Source: Mobula hypostoma | Lineage: Eukaryota | Length of the DNA: 64,000 bases | Assembly (NCBI RefSeq): GCF_963921235.1 | Contig: NC_086097.1 | Coordinates: forward strand, 69,752,001-69,816,000 | Reading direction: 5' to 3' | Shown: in pieces, positions 50,347 to 63,624 of the stretch | How the letters are laid out: each line of letters begins with the position of its first letter | Position numbering within the stretch: position 1 is the first letter of the stretch | The notes under the pieces: model-generated | What the model was told of the DNA's origin: nothing | The model's input: only the letters and a program-made list of their open reading frames with translations | Databases searched by the model: none | Made by a program: the position numbers and the translations under genes

Positions 50347-53300
50347 GTAAGTGCAGATGATTCTTAACAATACAGTGCAACCTTTCTTGTTGACATAAAT
50401 CTGTTTTAATCTCATTTCTTTTTCATTAATTTCTTTATATTTTTTCAGTATTTTCCTTTAAAATTTAAAACTGTAGATTAGGGGTGCAACGAACATTGGT
50501 AAGTGGGGCTTGAATTCTGGTGTGGAAGTCATATAGGCTGCATTTCTGAGAGTATAGTTATATCTGCACTTTAAACATTCAGAAAATAATGATTCTTAAA
50601 ATTTATTTACTCTTGAAATTGTTCAGTTCATAAACTGATATTCTCCTTGTGTTAGGCAGAACCAATTGGCGAGATTGCTTTATTTTGAAGAATGTACATA
50701 TTGATTTAATTCTAAGATGATGCATTTGTACCTTATAAACAAGCTGCTAAAAAAGCTGTCAGAAAGTTTTAAGAATTTTTGAATTTCATTGAAAGCTAAA
50801 ACTTGAATAGGAGTTAAATTTAAAATGTAGAAAATTAAATTGCTGGTTCGATCATCTTTAAATGTAGTGATAACAAGTGAAGTGTAAACTGTTTTACCTT
50901 CAGGTAAAGCTCAAATACTGCATATGGTACACAAGAACTAACATTGCATGTTAAACATTTTGAACTGCATGTTTCATTCCAGCAAGAAGTGCGCACACAC
51001 TGATATAGTCTTGTAATTTTATATCCTAATGGATGCCTGTTTATGACTAATTCTTTTATCAAAATAATTAAAATGTTGGCTTTCTTAGAATTTGGCTTTG
51101 ATGTTAGAATAAAATCCTGTAAAAAAAAACAAGGAAGATGCAGAGAGTGAACAATATGATATTTAGTAATAGAGCCTCAAGCTTTTTAAATTTTATTGAT
51201 TTTGGTCATTGAAAGTAAATTCTTCATTATTTGCTTCAGTATTAATTGGAACTAGGATTATTGCTTCCTTCATATATAACGTTTCAGGGGTGGGATGATG
51301 GGGATGGGTAGAGGTAGATAATATCAACTTTTAAGTAACTTGTTATAAACATAGAAAGACTTTAGGCCATGTAATTTCATAATTACAATATTACTCAGTA
51401 ATGTTTTTTAACAAATAAAATATATAATTAAGATTGAAAAACAATTTACCTCTATGTCATTGGCATTGAGGACGTGAAGAAATTGTCTAAATTCTATATT
51501 ATTATATTATATATAGAATATGCCCATGTTCTTAAATCCTATCTATATGTTTCATATGTAACTTCGGGAGAAAATTTTAACCTGAAGATTTGAAAACAAG
51601 AAGAGTTCATATTTCATATATTTTAAAATGTTGAATTAGTATTTTAACCTGCAAAGAGGATCATCAACACTGATTGTTTGGTTATGTTGGAGTAACTTTA
51701 GTTCTCAGTAAAGAAATCTTCTGAATAAGGCTGTGCTGCTATGAGTATCCAAGCACATATTTCAAATACACAAATGCTAGAAATCAGAAACTAGTGTTTA
51801 CTTGGATCACTGTGGAGGTGAATGAACATGAGTTAATTCACAGGAATTGTGTATTAATTGTGGAGAAGCATAAAATTTTCTTTGACTCTAAACATGATTC
51901 TTTCTATCAGTTTTAAAATCTTATATGAGTAGAATCAAAGAAGGTGACCATTACTAATTAACTGCTTGCAACTGATTTAAAAAAAACATTAGAATGTAAT
52001 TGTACAAAACACTTCAATAAACTTGTCTTTTTCAGTCTTGGTTTTCTCATTGTAGCTGCCATATGTACCCATGATATTTTAAATTTTTCTGCCATTAATA
52101 CTCAGTATGATATGCAGAATGCTTAGCAGAAGAGACTTGTTTCTCATTATTGCATTTTTTTTTTCTGGCCACAATTCCAGGTTTTACTTTAGAGAGAAAT
52201 TAAAATTACAGTTTAGCAGCAATATGAAATTAGTGTCATTCATTTAATGGGATGGTGCATTGGTACATGACCTCAATACTATATCTATGATGTATCATAA
52301 GTAGAAAGAAGCGTGAGAATTTCAATTTAAGCGATTGCCAATCCACCGGTTTATACTCAATCATCAACAAAGTGATGGTATGAGATCTTGACTGTGCTGT
52401 GAAGCGCAGCATATCTTTATTAATCTCATGAATATTCAATTGATTTTTACTAATACCACTTGCTTCTCACTCGTGGTCCAAATATGGGTAAAAAATCTAA
52501 GTTCTAGAGATGAAAGAAAAATGACTGTCCTTGACATTAAGTCAGTATTTCACGGAGAGCAGCATTAGGAGTCCTCTTAGCACTGATGTCGATGGAAATA
52601 GAAGAGAAAGCTCCTCCTTGGTGGGAATTGTATCTCACACTAATGATGGTGGTTGTGGCTGTTAATGATCATCTTCACAGCCCCAGGACATTGCTGCAGG
52701 AGCTAATAGTCACAACAATTTAAAATGATTTGTTAATAACTTTCCATCATACCATCATATGTGAGAATGTTCAGTGAGGATCATGCAATATTTAATTCTG
52801 TTTGCAGATCCTCCAAGAATGAAGCACTGTATAATTCCAAGTATTCTTAGCCAAAATATAGATCATAATATGTGCCAAGTAACATTTGTCATATAAAAAT
52901 GCCAAGCATAGACTTTCTCCAACAGGTCAAGAGTTGCTGAGTCTTCTATCGATTTTCTGATAGTCAACATTGACCAAAATCTAAACTAACCACTGAAATG
53001 TTGTGGCTACAGGAATAACTTAGATACCAGATCTCCTGCAGCAGGTGACTTGCTTCATTCAGCAATTCTTTTCACAATCGAGAAAGCATATAACAAGTGC
53101 GATAGGATATTACAGGTTTCCCCCGCCGAAGGTGGAGCATTCCTATGAAACGGTTTGTAAGCTAAAATGTCGTAAAGCGAAGAAGCAATTACCATTTATT
53201 TATATGGGAAAATTTTGTGAGCAATTGCAGACCCAAAAATAACCTACCAAATCATGCCAAATAACACATAAAACCTAAAATAACAGTAACATATAGTAAA

Positions 53301-53692
53301 AGCAGGAATGAGATGATAAATACGCAGCCTATATAAAAGTAGAAATACTTTTCCACAATCATTACTGCACTGTTCTCCGTAGCGAAAATCTCATGCAAGC
53401 ACCGTCGGCAGAAAATCTCACGCAAGTACTGTTGGCAAAAACACGGCACAAGTGCTCTCCAGTAACCTTTAAGCTATGAAGCTGCCAAATCGTACCAAAT
53501 AACACGTAAAAATACACAGCCTATATAAAGTAGAAATAATGTATGTGCAGTGTGGTATCACTTACTGGAATTGGGAAAGCGTGGAGCACACTGATGATGG
53601 TGTGTTAGGCTGAGTCATCGCAGGCTGGGGTGGTGCAGTGGCCCCCACCCTCCAGGCTGCCGACTGATACATTGCCGCGAAGCATGCAGCGG

Positions 53693-53928
53693 TGCAGTGG
53701 TAGCCGGGAGGCACACAGCACATCTTTAAGAAAAAAGCCGAAATAAGCAATCTAATTAATTGGATGTCGCCCAGCACGTATTTGTAGGCCCAGATCAGTG
53801 CCGATTTCCGATTGCGTCGTCTCTGATCTAGGCTGACAGTTACGTGTTGGGCGGCACCTAATTAATTAGCATGTTTATTTTGGCTTTTTTCTTAAAGATG
53901 TGCTGTGTGCCTCCCGGCTACCGCTGCA
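53693..53928. repeat. ~236 bp hairpin (inverted repeat) inside the Tigger element
   Basis: tgcagtggtagccgggaggcacacagcacatctttaagaaaaaagcc pairs with ggcttttttcttaaagatgtgctgtgtgcctcccggctaccgctgca; arms ~105 bp, spacer ~24 bp. Confidence 0.9.
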
Positions 53929-54315
53929 TTCTCCGTGAATCAGTATCTGTCCAGGGCCCAGGGGTTGGGGTGGTGGGACACTGGGGTGTCATCTCATCGT
54001 CTGTTTTCATCAGAGCAGGCAGCTCATCTTCTCCTATGACTGCCCGCCTCAATGTCGAAGGTCGAGGTTCGTTGTCTGCTGTGGCTGATGTGGAAGGCTT
54101 GCTTGACTGCTTAGCCTTGCGCATTTTTCTATCATACAGTTCTTTGTAAGGACTCAAACCATCTTGCAAATATCCCCGAAACCTAAGTACCCTTTCAAAA
54201 TTAAAGTTGTACTTTATCATTGCAGCGAAAATCTCACGCAGCTGCTTCACGTTCAGTTCGCTACTGCATTCGGTTTTGATTGTTATCCTTTCTTCTTCCA
54301 ATTGCATCAGCTCTT

Positions 54316-54404
54316 GACACGAAGGGTTCCGGCCCGAAACGTCGACTCATTGTTTCCACAGATGCTGCCCGACCTGCTGAGTTCCTCCAGTGTGTTGTGA
54401 GTGG
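54316..54404 (+). mobile_element. Penelope terminal-repeat fragment inserted in the Tigger ORF
   Basis: gaagggttccggcccgaaacgtcgac...gagttcctccag; AGCTCTT duplicated at 54309-54315 and 54405-54411. Confidence 0.85.
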
Positions 54405-56039
54405 AGCTCTTCATCGATCAGTTCTTGGTCATGGGATGCCAAAACCTCTTCAACATCATGTTCTTCAGCTTCCACAAGCCAAACTCACTTTGTCCTTGCT
54501 TCGTTCACCACGATCAAAACGCTTAATTATGTCTAGTTTTACGCTCAGTGTAACACCCTTACGAGCTGTTTTAGGCTTTTCTGATACCATAAAACTCATC
54601 TTGCAAACGACTGCTCACAGGCACGTGTTAAAGCAATGCTGGCTAAAATGCAGTTCCGAATCCGGGGGAGAGCGGCTGCGCGGAGCACGCGCTGCCTTTT
54701 ATCGTGCGCTGCTTTTTTTTTTCGTAACAGTGAAAACACCTTCTGAAAGCGAAAACAGGGAACTAATGTAGGTCTTTTGTAACAGTGAGGTTTCGTAAAG
54801 CGAACGTTGGAAAAGCGGGGGACACCTGTATCAATTTGCCAGAGTAAGTGCAGCTCCAAGAACATCTAAAACAAAGCATCGTCTGTTGGCACTCAAACCA
54901 TCATTTGGAACATTCATAGTCTGCACTACAGTACCCACTCTATGGCTACAATGGATACTGACTTCAAAATGCAATGCAGTTATTCGGGAAGGCTCCTCTT
55001 TCACCATATCCTTCATTCGCAGTCTTCATCAGCAAGAAGAAAAATGGCACCTGACGCTTGGGATACCATCATCTATGGGTTCCTTCAAGTTTTGCACTTT
55101 CTTAACTTGGGTAAACATTACCATTCCTTCATCATTCAGTCTATATTCTTGAAATCCCTACCCAATCACAGCAGAGGATGGATAGTATATAGCTTTCTCA
55201 GTTGTATCTTCATCCTGGAAATGAATGGGGAAAAATAAGTGTTTATTTCATTGTTGTCAGATTTTACACATACTGGAAATTGAGGTTGCAGAGGACATCC
55301 ATTTGTAGTTAAACTTAGCTAATCTGGCTAATATAAAGAAATTAGCTCGGGAAGGTATTATGCAGTAATTCATATTGATGTGGTGTTGCAAAGCAGTTGG
55401 GAACTCATTTAACATTATACATTCTCTTTGGGAAGGATGGGGAAATGTCATATTGAAATGAGTACTATAATATTTAAGGAGGAAATTCCTTAATGGTGAG
55501 TGAATAAGCAAGGAGGTATGTTGGATGTGGACACTTAATGGGTGGAATTAGGAAAAGACTTGAGGAAAATAGTGAGAGTTGTATATTGACTTCTGGTACA
55601 CCTGTTAAGAGTCTTAAACTGTACAAGTGTAGAATGAAACAAAGAATACAATATGTAGTTTTATTGGGTTCTTCTAACTCACGTAATGGATAAGCAGATT
55701 AGTTCTAGTTGGAAATGTGAATTTTTACCGTGTTCAATTTTTGTTTGCAGTAGTTCGTCCAGGAAACAACGGAGGGAAGGCATAGTACATTTAGCACTGA
55801 GTGAGGAGAAATAATTTTAGTTAACAGCATAATATTGCTGTTATGGTTCTAATAATAAAAAAATTATGTTGAGAGAAAAGAGAAATGAATGAGTACATTA
55901 GTTACGGTTTGGCAGTGGCATGGGAACTGGAGTGATTGGACAGAGAAAGGGCAATTGCTATATACATAGATGTAGCATGTAGTTTAGAAAGGATTAAGAA
56001 TTTAATTCTGGTATAACGGGCAAATTTGAAATGAGAGAT

Positions 56040-58870
56040 GATTACAGGAATGTGGGTATTATATTTAAATGCACTCTGAATACTGAATAAGGTAGATGCT
56101 CGTAGCACATATAGAGATTGGCGGGCTTGGCATGAGCATCAATGAATCGTGGCTAAAAGATCATAGTTGGGAGCTTAACATTCCAAGGATACACATTGTA
56201 TCAAAAGGACAGACAGTTAGGCAGAGGGGGTGTTTGGCTTTGTTGGTACAAAATGAAATCAAATCCTTAGGAAGAGGTGACATGGTACCAGAAGATATGG
56301 AGTCCTTGTGGGTAGAGTTAAGAAACTGCAAGGGTAAAAATACCTTGATGGGAATTGTTTTCAGGCCTCCATACAAACCAGGATGTAGGGTACAAATTAC
56401 AATGGGAGATAGAAAAGGCTATTATGATAGTCATGGGGATTTCAATATGCAGAAAGATTAGGAAAATTAGATTGGTGCTGGATCCCAAGAGAAGGAATTT
56501 GATGTCATTTTAGAACACCTTCTGGTTGTGCTGACTAGGAAAAAGGCAATTCTGGATTGGATGTTGTGTAATTAACCAGGTTTGATTAGGGAGGTTAAGG
56601 TAATGGAACCCTTAGGTACAGTGATCATAATATGACATAATTCACCCTGCAGTTTAAAAGGGAGTAGTCAAATTCGGATGTATCATTATTACAGATGAGT
56701 AAAGGGAACTGTAGAGACATGAGAGGAGCTGGCCAAAATTGATTGGAAGGGTCACTAACAGGGATGATGACAGAACAGGAATGTTCTGGGAGTTTCTGGG
56801 AGCAATCTGGAAGGTACTAGATAGGTAGATCCCAAAAAAGGGATCTAAAGGGAGGATGAAGCAACTGGCTGACGGAGATCAAAGACAGGATAAAAGCACA
56901 ATAGGGCATACAATATAGCAAAAATTATTGGAGAACTGGAGATTGGGAAGCTTTTAAAAACCAACAAAAGACAACTAAAAAAGCCATAAGGAGAGAAAAC
57001 ATTAAGTAGGAAGGTAAGCTAGCTAATAATATAAAAGAGGGTACCAAAGATTTTTCCAGATATGTAGTAAAAGAGAGGCGCGCGTGGATACTTGACCACT
57101 GGAAAATTATGCTGGAGAGGTAGTAATGGGGGGCAAAGAAATGTTGGATGAACTGAATAAGTGTTTTGTGTCAGTCTTCGCTATGGAAGACACCTCCAGG
57201 ATGTCAGAAATTCAAGAATATTGGGGAGCAGAAGTAAATAGTAGTTGCTGTTACTACGGAGAATATGCTTGGGAATCTAAAAGGTCTGAAGGGAGATGGG
57301 TCATTTAACCAGATGGGCTGCACTCAGGGTTCTGAAGGAGGTAGCTGAAGAGATTGTAGAGGCATTAGCAGCGATCTTTCAAGATTCATTAGATTCGGAA
57401 TGGTTCTGGAAGACTGGAAAATCATAAATGTTACTCCACTTTTTAAGAAGGGAGAGAGGCAGAAGAAGGAAAATTCTAGGCCAGTTAGCTCAAGTTCAGT
57501 AGTTCTGAAGATGTTGGAGTCCATTATTAAGGATATGGTTTCAGGATACTTGCAGGCACATGATAAAATAGGTTGAAGTATAGTTTCAGCATGATTTCCT
57601 TAAGGGGAATTATTGTCTAATATTTCAGACAGAATTGGCCTGCTGGTGGCGTAATGACATCAGCGCCGGACTTTGGAGCAAAGGCTCCTGAGTTTGAATC
57701 CAGCCGGCTCCCTTGCACACTTTCCATCCGTGCTGGGTTGAGCATCGAGCTAGCAACTCGGCCTCGTAAAAATAAGAAACCCTGCTAAAAAAAAACAATG
57801 CCATCATGATGGCGTCCCGATGACTTCACTCGGAGTTAAGGGCTTTCTTCTTCTTCTATTTAAGGCAGAATAGACAAAGGAGAGTCAGTGGATTGTTTGG
57901 ATTTTCAGAAGGCCTTTGACAAGGTGTCGAACATGAGCTTGCAAAACAGGATGGTATTACAGCAAAAATATTAACGATTAGAAGATTAAGCAACTGACTG
58001 GAGGCCAAAGAATGGGAAGAAAGAAAGCCGTTTCTGTTTGGCAGTCAGTGACTAGTGGTGTGCCACAGAGCTCGGTGCTGTGACTGCTTTTTGTGTTATA
58101 TGTCTATGCTTTGGATGATAGAATTGTTGGCTTTGTGGCCAAGCTCATGGACGATGCAAAGATGGGAGGAAGAGCAGTTAGTTTTGAGGTAGCAGGGAGT
58201 CTGCAGAGGACTTGGACAGATCTGGAGAATGGGCAAAAAAGTAGCAGACAGAATATATGTTCATATATGTTGAAGGAGTAAGGTGTAGAGTGATTTCTAA
58301 ATGCAGAGAAAATTCAGAAATCAGTTGCAAAAGGACTTGGGAGTCCTCGTGCAGGAATCACTAAAAGTTAACTTGGAGATTGAGTCGATTGTAAGGAAGA
58401 CAAATATAATGCTAGCATTCATTTTGAGAGGACTAAAATATAAAAGCAAGGATGTAATGCTGAGGCTTTATAAGGCATTGGTCAGACCTCACTTGGGAGT
58501 ATTGTGAGCAGTTTTGAGCCCCTTATGTTAGAAATTTGCTGGCATTGGAAAGGGTCCAGATGCAGGAACGAAAGATTTAATGTATGAAGAAATTTTGATG
58601 CCTTTGGACCTAAACTTCCTGGAGTTTAGAAAATGAGGAGTGGTGCGGGGCCTCATTACAACCTATTAAATATTGAAAGGCCTAGATAGATTAGATGTGG
58701 AGGGGATGTTTCCTATAGTGAAGGAGCCTAGGATCAGAGAGCATAACCTCAGAATAGAGGGATGTCCTTTTGGAACAGAAATGAGGAGGAATTGCTTTAA
58801 ACTAGCCATGTTGGAATGGCAGAGCAAACTCGATGGACCGAATGGTGTGATTCTGCTCCTGTGTGTTATG
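56040..58870 (+). mobile_element. CR1 LINE, decayed near-full ORF2 and 3' UTR
   Basis: tatttaaatgca (YLNA) endonuclease start, ESLWVELRN.KG..TL.G...RPP, DFQKAFDKV and LRLYKALVRPHL. Confidence 0.9.
57636..57856 (+). mobile_element. tRNA-derived SINE inserted in CR1
   Basis: A box TGGCGTAATG, B box GTTTGAATCC, (TTC)n tail; imperfect 15-bp flanking repeat tattt(ca/aa)g(a/g)cagaat. Confidence 0.8.
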
Positions 58871-61800
58871 ATCTTATTTGTAAATGAATTGCAGAGGCAA
58901 AAAAATATATCCATTGTATTTCAAATTGATCTTTGGCTAGAATATTGATTTATTGTTGGACTTTAATATGAACCATTACAGTATACATCAGGGTGTTGCA
59001 TTTATTTTACCTGAGTTGCAGGCTGTGGTTAAATGGCTCTCAAACCAGTGGACCAGATTATGAAGTATTTATTAAAGAACAATTTTTTTTTGTTTTTGGG
59101 CCTGATATCTAGTCTGAATGTTGTTCAGATATTCAAATATTGGTGTAACATTAAAAAAATATAAAAAAAATATTAAAAAAATATTGGTGTAACATTCTCA
59201 AATTAAGGTTCATCATACTGCCTTTGAAACATAAATACAAAAATCCCTTTGTTGGTCATCAATTACATCTCTTTTGTAATAGAATGAGATTTGTATTGGA
59301 TCGAATTTATGAGGTATAAGTGATTTGATATGGTAGATATTAAAATTTATTGAAGCATTTCTCCTCGTACAATTAGTAATACTGTTTCAAATCAAGAGAG
59401 TTCCAAGGTCATATTGATCACTAGGGGACCTTTTAGTGTAATAAGTAATATTCTGGTCATGCACAGTTATTAATAATACATGTTTAAAACTCCGGTTATT
59501 CATTTTTATTCCTTTACAAGTAAGGAAAGGAGACAAGTGCATTCCTGTGAGTTCTCTGCAGCTGACTATGAAGAGAACGTACCTTGCACTGTGTTCCTAG
59601 ATGGCATTTGAAGACACTGGCCCTGGGAGATGTTAATGGTTAATGGAAGATGGTATATGATAGTGAAAGTATCAGTGCTTACTCTTACATTAACAATATA
59701 TGCCACTGCTAATCCAGCAGAAATAGACACTGAATTTCAAATGAAAACTACTACTACAGTTAAATAGATATGTAATTTTTATACTACAAATCTGAAATTG
59801 CTTAATGAGAAGTAATTTATTTTTAAGACAGCATCATGTTTCAATGAAATGGTCGCGGTATTTAGATATTGGACCACATGTGATAGTTTGGAAATTATAT
59901 GCAATGAATAAAATTAATGATTCAACATGCATAGGCTTGAATGACTTCCTTTTCTAAATTGTGATATGTCTTATCAGTAATTTTGCTGAGTTGAGTACAT
60001 AGTCTGATGATTACTGTGTAAGAAAAAGGTTGTGTGACAATTTTAGGATATCATCAATTTGGCAGGTTTCAAAGCTATATATTGGAATTGCATCTCATCT
60101 GCTTAAGCCACCATTCTTGTGTTTTGGAATTTTCTCTGACCAAGTTTGATTTATTTCTACTTTGAAGATGCTAACTTTTGTTGAAGTAAGCATTATTCAT
60201 CTGTGAGTTGTAATAGTTTCAACAGACTAGACTGTTCAGGATGGAACACATGTGTCCTACTTACTCCTGACATGCACATATTTACTTCGGATGGGTGTTG
60301 AAGGATTACCATTGGGACTTGGAACTTAACTTAACTTTCCACTTTCCTCCTCACCTAATAGCTCAGTATCAGTAGGAATCTTTCAACCACTGATCTGCTG
60401 ACTACAGTAAAACCACTGATTAAATGTGGAAATATCCCGATACTTTTAGCTTTAATATGTGTCGGGTGCTATTGGGAGAGCTAAAGCAGCAATTAGTTTT
60501 ATATTCATTTGCAGTTGTTTTGCAAAAAAAAAACATTGTTTTGGAAGTAGTTTTGCTTGGCTTTCTGTTTCTTAGTGGCAGAGAAAAGCATTGAAACTTC
60601 TTATCTCTGTGATTGATGCTGTTCTTTGGGTGATGGAAACATGAGTAGCATTCCTGTATGCTTCGCTCTTGGTAGATACTGCTTTTTGTGGTACAAAGAA
60701 CTGAGGATTTTTCATTTGTTAGATTACATTGGAAGTAAGCACTTAATGTTCATTTTAAAAAAAGATCTCTAAGCATACTGGAATTATAGCCTGGGAATAT
60801 TCTTTTTTATTAGAGAGAAGATGGAAATTTGCAGAAGGCTTGCAAATGTGTTCTAGTTATAATTTGATTTAAGATTTTACATGCTTTTGAGAAGCTATGC
60901 CTGTGAAGAATGTATGGGACTTAGTATATATGCGTTCCATCTCTTAATAGTTGATAAGATTCCAAAGGATGACTCAAATGCTATCAATTAATTGATACAG
61001 CAATTAAACTATCTTTTTTTCACCTTGTCTAGAATGTCTCTTCCCTTAAACCCTGTTCATGGATGTTTGTTTCATGATCTTTCTGGCAATGTCTTGTTCT
61101 TTTACGACTGCCAATTTGTTTCATGCTAGAATGAGCCTAGAAGCACCAATACTGAATATGGAAGAGCAGTTGCTTGCTATGCATTTGCACACAATTATTT
61201 ACTATGTTTTCTTTGGACTTTCTGCTGATCGTTTCTAAATAAGAAAATCTTTAGCCCTTAAGTCCATTCCTCTGTTTTTGGTGATTGAACTCCTTCAGTC
61301 TTTGGATCTTACTCCTCAGTTTCATATCCCTTAACTGACAGTGCTTTCTTGGAGTGTGAGGACTCCATTGGATATGTCAGATGGCCCCAGGAGCGATTTG
61401 AATCAAGAGACCTTCCACGTCTTTTATCCACAAAGTTATTTGGTGCATAAGTTCCTCTGGCCTTTGAAGATTCCTGTGCTGGAAGTTAATTCCATAAATG
61501 GATTTGAAGACATTACACTCAGCCTCTGGATCATGAGGTAGTATAATACAAACCTAAAGACTAGAAGACATGCCATGGAAGATTGGAATTACTCTGGTGA
61601 GTAATTGTTATCTGAGAAATATAATTTACTACTAGTGGTATTGCTCTTTCACTAAAAAGAAAGGTTTCTAGAGTTTGCTTTAGTGAAGGATCTAGGTAGG
61701 ATAGGAGGAGGAAATGAAGACAAAGGGAAAGAGTAATAGTTGCTTCGTATTTTGCTCTCATTATATGTACGCTAGGGAAGTGTGATCGTGATGGTGGAGG

Positions 61801-62254
61801 CTGATCATTTGTTGAGTATTGTGATCCCAGAGTTGAAGTTTGAGTTGGTTGCACCCCTAGAGTAAAGTCTAAGACATTTTTAAAAACTTAATTTGTTTTC
61901 CATTCATATTTTAAGTGATTTGTTCCTTGTTTTGTTTTTGCTTTCCAAGCATAATCAATGAGCTTATTTAAATTATTCAACAGTAACATGGGTTTTTCAG
62001 TTTTTTTAAAATTGTACATGCTGTATTTCTATAATGTGATGTAAAGATTATTGGGTAAAATTGTTTAATGATGTCTGAGAATGGATTCATATATGAGCCA
62101 TTATCTAGACTGGACTGCTTTCGCAAGTTAGAATGAATGAATCTGTGTTTAATTTGACCACCTGAACAAAGAGAGATGTAGTCATCGTACCTATTTTACA
62201 CAAACGGGAATGTAAATATGTGACTGAACAGTTTGTGATGGCTTTCATTTACAG

Positions 62255-62395
62255 GGGTAAACAGGTCAAAACTTCAGGATATGATTGCAGATCTTAGAGA
62301 TGATGAGCTGCCTCACATGCCATCTGGAACCATGATTCAGTCTAGACCAATCCCTTCCAGACTGGCTGATCATGACAGCTCAAGAGCAGAAGAAG
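62255..62395 (+). CDS. STRN3: Striatin-3 exon 9 equivalent, 141 nt, frame-preserving cassette exon
   Basis: ctttcatttacag acceptor; (R)VNRSKLQDMIADLRDDELPHMPSGTMIQSRPIPSRLADHDSSRAEE; donor G|GTATAA; phase 1-1. Confidence 0.95.
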
Positions 62396-63624
62396 GTATA
62401 ACTAAAATTGTTACTGTATCTCCCTGTTCAGCTGTCAGTATTTTCTGTTGGTATCTTCTTTTCATCCCAACATAATTGTGTTGGCAAGCATATCCATCAG
62501 TTCTAATGTAATACAGATAAACAACACATTTTCATTGAGAATCTGAAAAATAGGTATGTTACCCGCATCAGTTTCCTGATCTTGTAAACCTGTTTATTGC
62601 ACTGACAGACATGGCTGCTTCTAACTACATTACAAAATAGAATCATAAATTTAATTCATGCTCCCCAAAGATTTTCTCAAATTTCAACCTGTTCTAATGT
62701 GGAGTGGAATCAATGTTTTCACTTCATAATACAATAAGTCAGTGATGAAATCCTGTAAGAAATTGCTATTATAGAAGTGAATTTTTGTCTGGATTGTTGT
62801 TAAATACAGTAGATGAATACTTTTCAAGTCTTAATTTTTTATTGTGATTTTACATTTTGAGTTTGGTAGTATGGATTTTACACCTTAATCCAGTATTTCA
62901 GATAATACTTGTTGGAATGTACTCAAGTGAGTGTGGGAGCTACAATACCACTATTAAGCATCTGTTTCTTGACGTGTTGATTGAAAGATAAATATATCCT
63001 TTTACGCCATTTAGGGAACATTCCTGTAATGAAGGGGTTTGTTTATCGTAATTTACCACTTAACAATGGCTTTAACTGCCATAATAAAGAGTAAAGAATA
63101 CATTTATATGCTATCTTTCTAACGTTCTATAGTTCTATGTCAACAGTTACATTCAAGTTTTTTTGATCGCGTTAATGGAATAGAATCTTTGGTAGTTGCA
63201 GTGTATTTAAAATTAAAAATACAAGACCCTTCCCCCTTCCATCTGGCAAAAATGGTTATTAGATGAATGACTTTTAAGGTTCAGATTTTATACTTGATCT
63301 GTTTTTTGCATACTTAGTGGGAGGAGACTGACCATTTTTTGACTTCTTTCCTTCATGTTTACAGCAACTGTTCCTCCCACAATTAATTTTTGCACAATAA
63401 AGGGTTCTTTGCAAGCTTGACTCATTTGTTAATTGCGAGAAACCTGGTCTGGAAGATTTCCCTGTGCAAATCATGGAATCTTATTTCCACATGAGAGCAA
63501 ACTACCAGATTTTCATTCAAAAATTGTATTTGACCTTGTATTCACCAGTCAGCCCTTTGTAAATCCATTTGCCTTCCCAAGTATTGTTAGTAGCTAGCTC
63601 CTTGAAGAAATAAAGTCATAAACA

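Larger units (their letters stand above)
53113..54828 (-). mobile_element. Internally deleted Tigger/pogo DNA transposon
   Basis: TIRs CAGGT(T/G)TCCCCCGC with TA on both flanks. Minus-strand N-terminus MSFMVSEKPKTARKGVTLSVKLDIIKRFDRGERSKD (CENP-B-like HTH) is joined to an acidic C-terminus EELMQLEEER...LSPYKELYD; no DDE core. Confidence 0.85.
52440..55190 (+). mobile_element. Very old LINE RT remnant hosting the Tigger element
   Basis: Degenerate ccttgacattaag, ccccaggacattgctgcaggag and gcagctccaagaaca segments on both sides of 53113-54828. Confidence 0.45.

Noticed and set aside
50641..50722. Acceptor-like ttctccttgtgttag followed by GCAGAACCAATT (AEPI, like the start of STRN3 exon 10)
   Set aside because: Similarity ends after four codons, a stop follows and the phase does not fit. 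A cryptic or poison exon cannot be excluded without RNA-seq.
54316..54345. Second functional hammerhead on the + strand
   Set aside because: Has stem II and GAAACGTC but is truncated in the CUGANGA box (gacacga) and lacks the 5' stem I strand.
57636..57710. tRNA gene
   Set aside because: A and B boxes run into a SINE body with a (TTC)n tail and flanking duplication; no complete cloverleaf or terminator.
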